A stretch of DNA of 64,000 nucleotides from Candidatus Eiseniibacteriota bacterium (GTDB lineage Bacteria > Eisenbacteria > RBG-16-71-46), in NCBI GenBank assembly GCA_963725865.1, contig CAVSAC010000014.1:1344001-1408000 (forward strand), in the 5' to 3' direction. The number at the start of each line of letters is the position of its first letter. Within the stretch, counting starts at the first letter, position 1. A program made the translations under genes and the position numbers. The notes under the pieces are model-generated. The model was not told the origin of the DNA and ran no database searches. It saw nothing but the letters and a program-made list of their open reading frames with translations. Positions 41,390-51,108 of this stretch are shown piece after piece.

Positions 41390-42550
41390 TCAGCGCCGGC
41401 GCGGCGCCTCGAGCGTGAACGCCGCGGCGGGCTGCCCGACGAAGTGCGCCGGGGTCGCCGGCGCCGTGGTGCCGAGCCCGATCTCCGCGGCGGGCAGCGG
41501 GGGAGCGGCGATCGAGGTGGAATAGGCGAGCGGGTGCCCGACCACGATCTGCTCGTTCGCGAGCGCGAGCTGGTCGAGCAGCAGCAGCCCGAACGGCAGC
41601 GCGAAGCGGCCGCACCACGTGAGCCGGTAGTCGTCCGGATGCCGCGGATCGACGAAGGTGCCGAACAGCGCGCGCACCTTCGCGCGCGTGAGCGGGCCGG
41701 CGAGCGGGCCGGTGAGCAGGGCGCGGTCGCGGGCGACCGCGCGGCGGTAGGCCTGCGGGCCGTCGGCGCCGAACGGCGTGTGCTTGAAGTCCGCGCCGTA
41801 GTGCACCGCGTCGCTCGAGATCGCGATCGCGACGTCGCGGCCCAGCACCCAGCCGCGGTCGTGCAGCACGTCGGTGAGCGCGGCGCCGAGATGCCGGGCG
41901 AGCGCCTCGAAGCGCTCGAACGAGGCGGCCGGCACCAGGATCGGCACGATCTCGAGATCGCTCCGCTGGTGCCGGAGCCAGAACACCAGCGCCTCGACCG
42001 AGTGCTCGCCGGCCTGCATCCCCGAGTCGACCAGCACGTCTTCTTCGGCGAGGCGGTCGAGCAGATCGGTCCGCAGCGGCGACACCGGCACCGGCCCGTC
42101 GGGCGCCGCCCACGCGCGATACGACTCGAACACCAGCCGGTCGCGCACGCCGGCCTTGCGATAGCCGTGGAACACACCGATCACGATCACCGTGCGCGCC
42201 GTGATGAGGGGCAGCGCGCGCCGGTACACGCGCGCCGCGTACGCGTAGTCGTCGTGCGGGGCGAGCACCGCCGCGACTCCCGGCGCCGGCGCCGGGCCGA
42301 GCGAGTCGGGGGCGGGCGGCAGCGTGGACCACTCCCAGACCCGCGCCATCTGATCGGCGCGCACCGCGTACCCCACGCTGTCGCGCTGGCTGCGGAAGTC
42401 CTGGCTGCGGGACGGGCGCTCGTCCGGGCCGGGCATGTCCGGGAGCGCGGGGAGGCTGCCGGAGGCGGGCGGGGTCTGGGCGCGCGCGATGGCGGGTGCC
42501 GCGCCGGCGAGCGCGAGCGCGAGTGCCCAGGCAGCGAGTCGGCGGAGCAT
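41390..42550 (-). CDS. Memo-like (AmmeMemoRadiSam protein B family) protein with N-terminal signal peptide
   Basis: APHDDYAYA, EHSVE, IVPILV, ISSDAVHYG and TWCG motifs; N-terminus MLRRLAAWALALALAGAAPAIARA. Confidence 0.8.
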   Translation of the reverse strand: MLRRLAAWALALALAGAAPAIARAQTPPASGSLPALPDMPGPDERPSRSQDFRSQRDSVGYAVRADQMARVWEWSTLPPAPDSLGPAPAPGVAAVLAPHDDYAYAARVYRRALPLITARTVIVIGVFHGYRKAGVRDRLVFESYRAWAAPDGPVPVSPLRTDLLDRLAEEDVLVDSGMQAGEHSVEALVFWLRHQRSDLEIVPILVPAASFERFEALARHLGAALTDVLHDRGWVLGRDVAIAISSDAVHYGADFKHTPFGADGPQAYRRAVARDRALLTGPLAGPLTRAKVRALFGTFVDPRHPDDYRLTWCGRFALPFGLLLLDQLALANEQIVVGHPLAYSTSIAAPPLPAAEIGLGTTAPATPAHFVGQPAAAFTLEAPRRR

Positions 42551-42585
42551 GCGGGATCCTCTCGGTCGGCGGGGTGCGATCCCGC

Positions 42586-43935
42586 CTAGGTCGTCGCGGC
42601 GCGGCGCCGGTCGAGCGCGCCGGTCACCGCGATGAACACCAGCATCGCGACCAGCGACGCCGCGCCCACCAGCGCGAACGCATACCACAGGTAGTGCGCG
42701 TGATCGTACGCGGCCGGCATCGGGCCCCCGCCGGCGAGCGCCAGCGCGTGCGCCGCCTGCAGCGCAGGCGGCAGCGTGCGCGGGTCGGGACAGTAGGTCT
42801 TCAGCATGTAGCCCGCGAAGATGAACCCGAACAGCCACGCGAAGAACGTGTTCATGTGCGCGTACCCGAGGTAGAGGCCCTCGCGCCCGGGCGGCGCCTG
42901 CTTGGAGGCGAACTCCAGGTACTTGGGGCTCAGGAAGCACTCGGCGAGCCCCTGGATCGCGATCCCGATCACCATCATGAGGGTGATCGGGTGCACCGCG
43001 GCCCCCAGGATCATCACCGGACCGTGGAAGAGATGGGCGGTCGACATCACGAGCGACGAGAGCGGGATCAGCACCATCGCGACGGCGATCGAGGCCGCCG
43101 GCGCCCACGTCCGCACCAGCTGCGTGATCGCCACCACGCCGAGCACCACCACCAGCGGATTCACGTTGGCATACCACTCGGGCTTGTAGGTCTCGCCGGC
43201 CATGCGGATCACGTAGTCCGGCATCGAGGCGTAGAGCTGGCCCTGGATCGCCCAGAAACCCGCGGTGATCAGGATCAGCGCCGTGAAGCGCAGATTGGCC
43301 ATCACGGTGACCATGCCCTTGAGCGTGTCGCGGATATTGCGCGGGCGGGCGCGCCCGTCCTCGGCGGGCCGGTACAGCAGCGCGACGACCAGCAGTCCGA
43401 CCAGCGCGGCAGCGGCGCTGAAGTACGGCACGTTCTGCACGCCCAGCTGGATGCGGATCGGCGCGACGATGGTCTTGCCGGTGAACGAGCCGATGTTCAC
43501 GACCATGTAGAAGATGCTGAAGGCGCGCGCGCGGTTGGCCTCGTCGGACGACTTCGATGCGGTCGCGGTGATCACCGGCTTCACGAATGACCCACCCAGC
43601 ACGATCAGGCACAGTCCGACGGTGACCGGCGCCATCGCGTGCGAGGCGCCGAGCGTGGCGTAGCCGGCCGCCAGCAGCGCGAACGCCAACAGCAGCGAGC
43701 TGCGGAACCCGAGGCGATCGGCGGCCGCACCGGTGAAGAACGGGAACAGATAGATGAGCGCGCCGAACAGCCCGGCGACGAGGCCGGCCTGCACGTCGTC
43801 GAGGCCGACCACGCGCAGCAGGTAGGTGCGCAGGGCGATGAAGGTGCCGTAGTAGGCGGCGCGCTCGCACAGCTCGGCCGCGTTCGCGGTCCAGAACGTG
43901 CGCGGGAAGCGCCACGAGGTCGGGGTGGCCATCAT
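42586..43935 (-). CDS. MFS transporter, POT/peptide:H+ symporter-like
   Basis: ELCERAAYYG (ExxERxxYYG), GAAADRLG, KPVI and FSIFYMVVNIGS motifs; start uncertain. Confidence 0.85.
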   Translation of the reverse strand: MMATPTSWRFPRTFWTANAAELCERAAYYGTFIALRTYLLRVVGLDDVQAGLVAGLFGALIYLFPFFTGAAADRLGFRSSLLLAFALLAAGYATLGASHAMAPVTVGLCLIVLGGSFVKPVITATASKSSDEANRARAFSIFYMVVNIGSFTGKTIVAPIRIQLGVQNVPYFSAAAALVGLLVVALLYRPAEDGRARPRNIRDTLKGMVTVMANLRFTALILITAGFWAIQGQLYASMPDYVIRMAGETYKPEWYANVNPLVVVLGVVAITQLVRTWAPAASIAVAMVLIPLSSLVMSTAHLFHGPVMILGAAVHPITLMMVIGIAIQGLAECFLSPKYLEFASKQAPPGREGLYLGYAHMNTFFAWLFGFIFAGYMLKTYCPDPRTLPPALQAAHALALAGGGPMPAAYDHAHYLWYAFALVGAASLVAMLVFIAVTGALDRRRAATT

Positions 43936-44129
43936 CGGCTTCTCATGAGGTCGCGAGAGCTCCATCGACCGTTCGAGGCATCGGCACCTACCGGGCGAGT
44001 CGCGGCGTGGGGGCTCGCGACGGCGGATCGTCGCGCGCGAAACTACCACAGCCGGCCGATCCCACAGGGGTGACCCGCCCGCCTCCGAGGTTGCGCCGGG
44101 CGCCGTCGCGCGCCTACCGTGACGCGACC

Positions 44130-45191
44130 ATGAAGTCCGCCATGATCGCGCCCGATCTCCCGCTCATCGACCTGCACCGCCACCTCGAGGGCAGCGTGCG
44201 GCTGTCGACCGTGCTCGACCTCGGGCGGCGGCACCGGCTCGCGCTGCCGGCCGCGGACGAGGCCGGCCTGCGTCCGTTCGCGACCATCACCGAGCCCACC
44301 CCCGACGTCATGGCGTTCATCGCACGCTTCCGCTGGGCCACGCTCGCGATGGTCGACGCGGACGCGTGCGGTCGGATGGCGCGCGAGTGCGTCGAGGACG
44401 CCGCGCGCGAGGGGCTCGACCACCTCGAGTTGCGCTTCAGCCCGTGGTTCATGGCGGAGACCCACCGGCTCGCGCCCGCCGCGGTGGTGGCGGCGGTGGT
44501 CGAGAACGCCACCGCGGCGGCACGCGCGCACGGTCTGTCGCTCGGGCTGATCGGCATCCTCAGCCGGACATATGGGCCCGACGTCGCCGCGCGCGAGCTG
44601 GACGCGCTGCTCACCGCGCGGGAGTCGATCGTGGCGCTCGACCTGGCCGGCGACGAGGCCCGCATGCCGGCGCCGCGATTCGCGGCGCACTTCCGGCGCG
44701 CGCGCGACGCGGGCTGGCACGTGACGGTGCACGCGGGCGAGGCGGCCGGTGCCACGAGCATCGCGGACTCCATCGATTGCCTCGGGGCCGAGCGCATCGG
44801 GCACGCGGTGCGCGCGGTCGACGATCCGGCGCTGCTCGACCGCATGGCGACGCTCGGGATCGCGATCGAGGCGAACCTGACGAGCAACGTGCAGACGAGC
44901 ACGGTCGCCGGCTACGCGCGCCATCCGATGCGCACGTTCCTCGAGCGCGGGCTGTGCGCCACGCTCAACACCGACGATCCCTCGATCAGCGGGATCGACC
45001 TGCGTCACGAGTACGAGACCGCCGCGCCGGCGGCGGGGCTGGACCCCGGCCTGGCGCGGCGCGCGCAGGCGAACGCGCTCGCCGCCGCGTTCGTCTCGGA
45101 CGAGCAGCGTGCGGCGCTGGCCGCCCGCGCGGCCGCCCGCGCGACCACCACGCCGGCCGCCGAGGCCGGCCCCACCGGGAGACCAGGATGA
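44130..45191 (+). CDS. add: Adenosine deaminase
   Basis: DLHRHLEG, ELRFSP, DLAGDE, VHAGE, ERIGH, TSN and NTDDP motifs. Confidence 0.9.
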   Translation: MKSAMIAPDLPLIDLHRHLEGSVRLSTVLDLGRRHRLALPAADEAGLRPFATITEPTPDVMAFIARFRWATLAMVDADACGRMARECVEDAAREGLDHLELRFSPWFMAETHRLAPAAVVAAVVENATAAARAHGLSLGLIGILSRTYGPDVAARELDALLTARESIVALDLAGDEARMPAPRFAAHFRRARDAGWHVTVHAGEAAGATSIADSIDCLGAERIGHAVRAVDDPALLDRMATLGIAIEANLTSNVQTSTVAGYARHPMRTFLERGLCATLNTDDPSISGIDLRHEYETAAPAAGLDPGLARRAQANALAAAFVSDEQRAALAARAAARATTTPAAEAGPTGRPG

Positions 45192-45580
45192 GCGAGAGCG
45201 GACAGGACGAGGTCGGCAGCATCGGCTGGGTGGACCTGACCGTCGCGGACGCCGACCGGCTGCGCGACTTCTACCGCGCGGTGGTGGGCTGGACGCCGAC
45301 CGCTGTCGACATGGGCGGCTACGACGACTGGACCATGAACCTGCCCGTGAGCGGCATGGCGGTGGCCGGCGTGTGCCACGCGCGCGGCGTCAACGCCGGC
45401 CTGCCGGCGCAGTGGCTGATGTACGTCACGGTCGCGGACCTCGATCACAGCATCGCGCGCTGCATGGAGCTGGGTGGCGCGGTGATCGCGGAGCCGAAGG
45501 ACATCGGCGGGCACGGACGCTACGCGGTCGTGCGCGATCCGGCCGGCGCGGTGCTCGCGATCCGCGAAGAGCGGCGATAA
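45188..45580 (+). CDS. VOC/glyoxalase family protein
   Basis: ATGA overlap; GWVDLTV..FYRAVVGW..WLMYVTVADLD..RDPAGA. Confidence 0.88.
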   Translation: MSESGQDEVGSIGWVDLTVADADRLRDFYRAVVGWTPTAVDMGGYDDWTMNLPVSGMAVAGVCHARGVNAGLPAQWLMYVTVADLDHSIARCMELGGAVIAEPKDIGGHGRYAVVRDPAGAVLAIREERR

Positions 45581-45611
45581 TCGCGGGCGAACGCCGTGAG
45601 CCGTAGTGCCC

Positions 45612-45714
45612 GCTCGAAGTACGCGGGGGAGCCATGCCTCCGGAGGGCGCCGCCCGACGAAGTGGATTAGGCGTCCGGAGCGAGGCATGGCTCCCCCCTT
45701 GCGCTCGATCGAGT
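45612..45714. repeat. Long intergenic inverted repeat / structured element
   Basis: Perfect 16-bp stem GGGGGAGCCATGCCTC (45625-45640) / GAGGCATGGCTCCCCC (45682-45697), with further inner and outer pairing. Confidence 0.75.
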
Positions 45715-45744
45715 GACCGGTGTGCGGAGCTCGAGCGAACGCAC

Positions 45745-45779
45745 AAGGCCCCGGCGATGATGTGCTTCGCCGGGGCCTT
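45745..45779. terminator. Terminator-like hairpin between convergent genes
   Basis: 13-bp stem AAGGCCCCGGCGA / TCGCCGGGGCCTT, 14 nt beyond the transketolase-like stop; no long U tract. Confidence 0.55.
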
Positions 45780-45793
45780 CGCGTGCGTGCGAA

Positions 45794-48163
45794 CTACCGG
45801 CTCTTCACCGTCGCGTCGACGAAGGCGCGGATGGCCTTGTACTGGCCCACTCCATCCAGCCCCGCCTCGGCCATCACCGCGGCACCCTGCCCGCTGCCGG
45901 GGAAGTGGCCTTTCGCGTACGGGTGCAGCGTCGCCGCGCGGCCGCGGTCGGAGCGCACCCAGCGATACATCGTGGCGAGCGTGAAGCCGGTGATGCCCAT
46001 CGCCTCCTGCGCGCGTGCCTCGGGGAAGATGCGCTCGCGCTCGGCCTCCGTCAGCGCGTCGAACAGCTCCGCGCTGGCGACGTAGTACACGTCGAGGTCG
46101 ATGCCGTCCTGCTCGAGCTTCGGCAGCACGTCGGCAACGAACGCGAGCGTGACCGCGCTCTCCTGCAGCACCAGCACGCCGTCGGCGCGGCCCTTGGGCG
46201 CGCGCAGGCGATACACGCCGGTCGCGGCCGCCGTCACGGGTGCGAGGCCGAGCTTGGCCCGGTCGGGCACCGTCTCGTTGGGGCGCGTGACGAACGGCGC
46301 GATCACCGCCGGCCGCCGCGCGAGCGCGGTCGAGACCAGCGTCCACATCTCGGCCGGATCCCACGGCGTGAGCGTGAGCGCGGTGCCGGGCGGGAAGTTC
46401 TCCTGCAGCAGCTGCAGCGCCTGCGGATCGGCGTGGGTCGGGCCGTCCTCGCCGGTCTTCAGGCCGGCGTGCGCGCCGACCAGGATCATCGGCCGGTACG
46501 GGCCGCCGAACGCATGCGCGCGCGCCTGGTTGCCGATCGCGTGCAGGCGGGCCGAGATGTGCGCGAGCGGCGACATGAACGCGGCGTACGACGAGCACAC
46601 TCCGATGTGGTGCCCGAACGTGCCGAGCCCCGAGCACACGCCGGACATCGCGTCCTCGCAGATGCCGCCCACCGACAGCGTGCGCGAATCGGCGTTGGTG
46701 CGGGCGTTCCAGTAGCCGGCCGGGAAGCCCTCGGCGATCTTGTTCACGCTGGTGGAGCCCAGCAGGTCGGCGGCCATCACGAACAGCGCCCCGCCCGACG
46801 CCCGGTTGTAGTGCTGGAGCACCCGGCCCAGTTCGTTGCGCAGCGTGGTCACGGTGCCGGGAGCCAGCGCCAGCGACTCGGGCGCCTGCTGCGCCTGACG
46901 CTCGGCGAGCGCGTACACCTTGGCGACGTCGGGCGCGTTCGGGCGCGGCCGGCGCTCGCGCTTCACGAGCCGCTGGCGCGCGGTGCGCAGCCGCTCGGCG
47001 AACGCCTTCACCACGCTCTCGCGCTTCTGCAGCTCGACGCGCAGGATCTGCAGCGCGTCCCACATGCACGATTCCATCACGGTCGCGCCGTCGGGGCCGC
47101 CGCAGCGCGTCGCGCCGCCCTTGCACGACGGCAGCGTGACGACGCGGCCCTGGAGCAACGGCTCGAGCGCGGCGTAGAAGCCGTCCGAGCACAGCGCGTG
47201 GCCGGCGCCGTGCGAGGCGCGGCCCTCGATGCCGTACTGCCAGCCCTTGACCGTGCGGTACACGATCGCGGTCGGCTGGCCGGTGTCGAACGTGGCGGCG
47301 AGTCGCTGCGCCGCGATCACCTGCTGGAAGTCCTTGCCGTCGGGCACCGCGATCACGTTCCAGTCGTGCAGGTACGCCAGCTCCGCCGGCGTCCACTGCA
47401 CGTAGTCGCCCGGCTTCTCGCCGTCGCGGCACACCTGGTTCGAATCGATCGATGCCTGGTTCCAGTCGATGTGGAGCACCGCGTTGTCGAGCGAGGCGGT
47501 GCCGGCGGCGGCGAGCGCCTCGGCCACCCGGCCGGGCGTCAGCCCGCCCTCGCCCTCGACGATGTGCACGCGCGGCGCGTTCGCGCCGAAGAGGTCGCGC
47601 GCGCCGAACGCGAGTCCCAGCGACGCCGACACGCCCACGCCCGAGGCGCCGGTCGAGAGCCGCACGAACGGCGTCGCGGGCGTCGGATGCCCGTCGAGCG
47701 CCTTCACGCCGAAGCGCGCGAACAGCGGAGTGGCCGCGGTGGGATTGCGGCGGAAGCCGAGCAGGTCCTCGAGCCGCAGCTGGCTGTGCTCGTCGCGCGG
47801 CAGCAGATCGGGGGCCGCGATGCGCAGGATCTCGTTGCGCAGCGCCCACAGCGCGTACATGCCGAGCGCCTTGTGGCCCGCGGCGTACGAGATCAGGTCG
47901 GCGTCCTCGCGCTCGGGCGCGGACGGGTCGTAGTCCATCCCGTCGAACAACAGGCCCTGCACGAAGCGCCCGGACGAGATCGACCCGCCCGGATGGCCCG
48001 ACATGGGGACGTAGTTGTAGAGCACCGCGACCAGCGAGCGATAGACGAGGTCGAAGGACTCGAACTGCTCGAGCTCCGAAGCCGTGAGCGGTGCGGGGCT
48101 CGACTTCATCGTCTCGGCGAGATCGACGAAGCGGCCGCGCCGCGGACCGAATGCGAATGCCAT
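45794..48163 (-). CDS. Transketolase-like TPP-dependent enzyme (789 aa)
   Basis: SGHPGGS, AGHK, LDGHP, STGASG, ADLLGST, GICEDAM and GEDGPTHA motifs. Confidence 0.8.
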   Translation of the reverse strand: MAFAFGPRRGRFVDLAETMKSSPAPLTASELEQFESFDLVYRSLVAVLYNYVPMSGHPGGSISSGRFVQGLLFDGMDYDPSAPEREDADLISYAAGHKALGMYALWALRNEILRIAAPDLLPRDEHSQLRLEDLLGFRRNPTAATPLFARFGVKALDGHPTPATPFVRLSTGASGVGVSASLGLAFGARDLFGANAPRVHIVEGEGGLTPGRVAEALAAAGTASLDNAVLHIDWNQASIDSNQVCRDGEKPGDYVQWTPAELAYLHDWNVIAVPDGKDFQQVIAAQRLAATFDTGQPTAIVYRTVKGWQYGIEGRASHGAGHALCSDGFYAALEPLLQGRVVTLPSCKGGATRCGGPDGATVMESCMWDALQILRVELQKRESVVKAFAERLRTARQRLVKRERRPRPNAPDVAKVYALAERQAQQAPESLALAPGTVTTLRNELGRVLQHYNRASGGALFVMAADLLGSTSVNKIAEGFPAGYWNARTNADSRTLSVGGICEDAMSGVCSGLGTFGHHIGVCSSYAAFMSPLAHISARLHAIGNQARAHAFGGPYRPMILVGAHAGLKTGEDGPTHADPQALQLLQENFPPGTALTLTPWDPAEMWTLVSTALARRPAVIAPFVTRPNETVPDRAKLGLAPVTAAATGVYRLRAPKGRADGVLVLQESAVTLAFVADVLPKLEQDGIDLDVYYVASAELFDALTEAERERIFPEARAQEAMGITGFTLATMYRWVRSDRGRAATLHPYAKGHFPGSGQGAAVMAEAGLDGVGQYKAIRAFVDATVKSR

Positions 48164-48223
48164 GGGATTCCCCCGGTTGGGCGCCGGAGCGTGGGGGACC
48201 ACGGCGCGGATGCAGTGCGGGAC

Positions 48224-48252
48224 AGTCTCCCCGAGCGCGCGGAGGGCGTCAA
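48224..48252 (-). promoter_or_regulatory. Sigma70-like promoter of the transketolase-like gene
   Basis: Minus strand TTGACG, 17-nt spacer, GAGACT. Confidence 0.5.
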
Positions 48253-48418
48253 TGGCGGCGACGGGGAACCCTGCGGAATCCACAGAGGTATGACGGATCG
48301 CGGTGGACCGCGGTCGTCGCCAGCATCGGCCTCAGCACCAGCCCGCCCGGAGCCACCGCGCCCGACCCGTTCGCGGAATTCCGCGCGCGGCCGCGCGGTA
48401 CCGCGACCGCGCCGCGCC

Positions 48419-50265
48419 TCAGCGCTCCGGCGCCGCGGGCGCCAGGCGCTCGGCGAGCTGCGGGAAGTGCGCCAGGTGCAGGCGCACCTGCTCCATCTCG
48501 GGCCCGTCCGGCCGCCACGAGCGCACCACGCGCATCGCGGGCCGCGCGGTGACGGAGTCGCCGACCCAGGTCGAGGTCGCCCACAGCCCGAGCCAGCCCA
48601 TCGGCTGATCGGGCGCGCGCTCGACCAGCTGCGGAACGCGCGCTGCGCCGACAGGTCCTCGCCGGCGATCACCGCGGCGGTGCCCCACAGCAGCAGCGCG
48701 CGCGGGTGCGGCGCCGTTTCCGCGAGCTGCTCGTAGGTGGCGGCCGCGTCGCTCCAGCGCCACGCGCGCAGCGAGCGCATGCCGATGAAGTCGAGCGTGG
48801 CGAGGCGGTGGGCCTCCGAGCGATGCGGCGGCTCGTCGATGAACGCGCGCGCGCGCGCGAGCCCGCGGTCCATGTCCTGCTGGCAGAGCATCACGTCGAC
48901 CGTGGGCACCGCCGCCGCGAGCGCGAGCGGCAGGGCCAGCCACGCGTAGCGCGGCGCGGCATCGAGCATGCGCGCCACGCACCACGCGGCGAGCAGCGCG
49001 GCCGCGGCGCCGGCGCCGGCGAACGCGTCCCAGTCGCGGAACGGGCCCTGCGTGACCTGCGTGAGCAGCACCAGCGGCAGGAATCCGAGCGACAGCCCGG
49101 CCAGGAACACGCCCTCGCGCCGCGCCAGCAGCGGGCGCGCGTGCCGCGCCGCGGCCAGGATCGCGACCGGCGCGAGCGGGACGTAGAGCAGCAGCAGGTT
49201 CGCGAGGTCGAGCAGCCGCAGCGGCGCGAGCGCCGCGCGCAGCACGCCGCCCTGGCGCGCCACCTCGGGCGAGGCGAAGTTCACGCTGGCGTCGAAGCCC
49301 AGGTAGAGCTGGATCAGCCGCGGTAGCAGCCACGCCAGCGCGATGAGCGGCAGCGCGAGCGAGACCAGGAACGCGGGCCGCCGCCAGCCGCCGGCCCCAC
49401 CGTGCAGGCGCAGCCACATCAACCACGCCACGAGCGCGCCCGGCACGATTCCGAGCGCCGCGCGATGGAGCATCGGCGCGAGCGCTACCAGCGCGCCGAG
49501 CAGCACCAGGCCGCGGCCGCGGCGCACCACGTCGCAGCCCACCACGCCGGTGCCGAGCGCCAGCAGCGCCACCTCGATCGTGGGCTTGCCGTAGCCGGTG
49601 TAGAGCCCCAGGTAGCTGCTGAACAGCACCAGCGCGCCCGCGGTCAGCCGCGCCGCGCCGCCCAGCTCGAGTGTGAGCGCGAAGCGCACCGCGAGGACCG
49701 CCACCAGCGCGCCCTCGAGCAGGCCGGTGACGTACGCCACCGCGCCGGCGTCGCCGTGGGTCAGTCGCGCCAGCTCGCGCGGAAGCCACCAGTGCAGCAG
49801 GCTGTCGAGCGGCATCGCCTGCGGGAACATGCGCGCGAAGCCGCCGGGCTCGGCGAGGATGCCGACGCGCAGCAGGAAGTCGCCCACGAACCCGGTGCGG
49901 TCGGGCAGCCCCACCAGCAGCGCGAGCGCCAGCGCCACCGCGCACCCGTAGGCGAGCAGCGGCCGGCGCACGAACGCGCGGGCGAGCGGGGCACCCGCCG
50001 CCACCACGGCGCGTGTGACCGCGGGCAGCAGCGCGGCGGCCATCGCCAGCCACAGCGCCCACACCGGCCACGGCGACGCGAAGCGCGCGAAGTTGAGACC
50101 CCACGCATGCATGGTGGGCGTCACCGTCAGGACCGCGCGCGCCACCGCCAGCAGGACCAGCAGGCCGAGGGCCAGACGGGCGGTGAGTTCCGCCCGGGGG
50201 TCCGGCGGGGTCGCGACGTGCGCGGGAGCCGCGACGGTGGGTGCGGAGGTCGAGGGGCGAGTCAT
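48419..50265 (-). CDS. Polytopic membrane protein with C-terminal TPR-like helices, one apparent indel near 48632
   Basis: More than 10 hydrophobic segments (VGD, RDWDAF motifs). The C-terminus continues in another frame: QLVERAPDQPMGWLGL. Confidence 0.65.
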
Positions 50266-50502
50266 GGTTCCGGTGGGTGGCGGGCGGCCGGTCGCGGCGG
50301 ATCCGCGCGGCGGCCGCATGACCCTACCAGCGGCGTCGTGCACGCGCGAGCCCCGCATGCGGATCGACGCGGGGCAGGTGTGGCCGCTCGCCCGCGCGCT
50401 TCGCCGTGGGCGCGACGTGCCGGCACGCGCGCGTTTCGGCGCGGGCGGGCCCCACCGGCGCGCTCTGGCCGCGCCTGCTGCCCGCGGCTACACTGCCGCG
50501 CC

Positions 50503-51108
50503 ATGATCATCGACCCGCAGAGCCTGTCGCCCGCCGCGATGTACCAGTTCATGATCGGGGTGATCGTGCCGCGCCCGATCGCGTTCATCTCCACGCGCGC
50601 CGCCGACGGGCGGCTGAACCTGGCGCCATTCTCGTACTTCATACCGCTCACCAACCTGCCGCCGTTGGTCGGCGTGTCGCTCCAGGCCCGCGGGGACAAG
50701 CTGAAGGACACGGCGAGCAACATCGAGGCGACCGGCGAGTTCGTGATCAACATCGTGAGCGAGCCGATGGCCGAGGGGATGGTGCTCACCTCGGGCGACT
50801 GGCCGCCGCACGTCGACGAGTTCGCACTCGCGGGTTTCACCGCGGTGGCGAGCACGCGGATCGCGCCGCCGCGCGTGGGCGAGTCGCCGGCGAGCCTGGA
50901 GTGCCGGCTGCACCGCATGGTCGAGTTCGGCGCCGCGCATTTCGTGGTGGGCGAGGTGCTGCTCGCGCACGTGAAGGACGAGGTGCTTGACGAGCGCGGC
51001 CGGGTCGACCCGGTGAAGCTGGCGCCGATCGGCCGGCTCGGGGGCGACGGCTACGCGCCGCTGCGCGACGTCCTGCGCATCGCGCGGCCGGTGGTGGAGC
51101 GCGCGTGA
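50503..51108 (+). CDS. Flavin reductase-like FMN-binding protein
   Basis: IVPRPIAFIST, NLAPFSYF, KDTASNI, EFVINIV and IGRLGG motifs. Confidence 0.9.
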   Translation: MIIDPQSLSPAAMYQFMIGVIVPRPIAFISTRAADGRLNLAPFSYFIPLTNLPPLVGVSLQARGDKLKDTASNIEATGEFVINIVSEPMAEGMVLTSGDWPPHVDEFALAGFTAVASTRIAPPRVGESPASLECRLHRMVEFGAAHFVVGEVLLAHVKDEVLDERGRVDPVKLAPIGRLGGDGYAPLRDVLRIARPVVERA

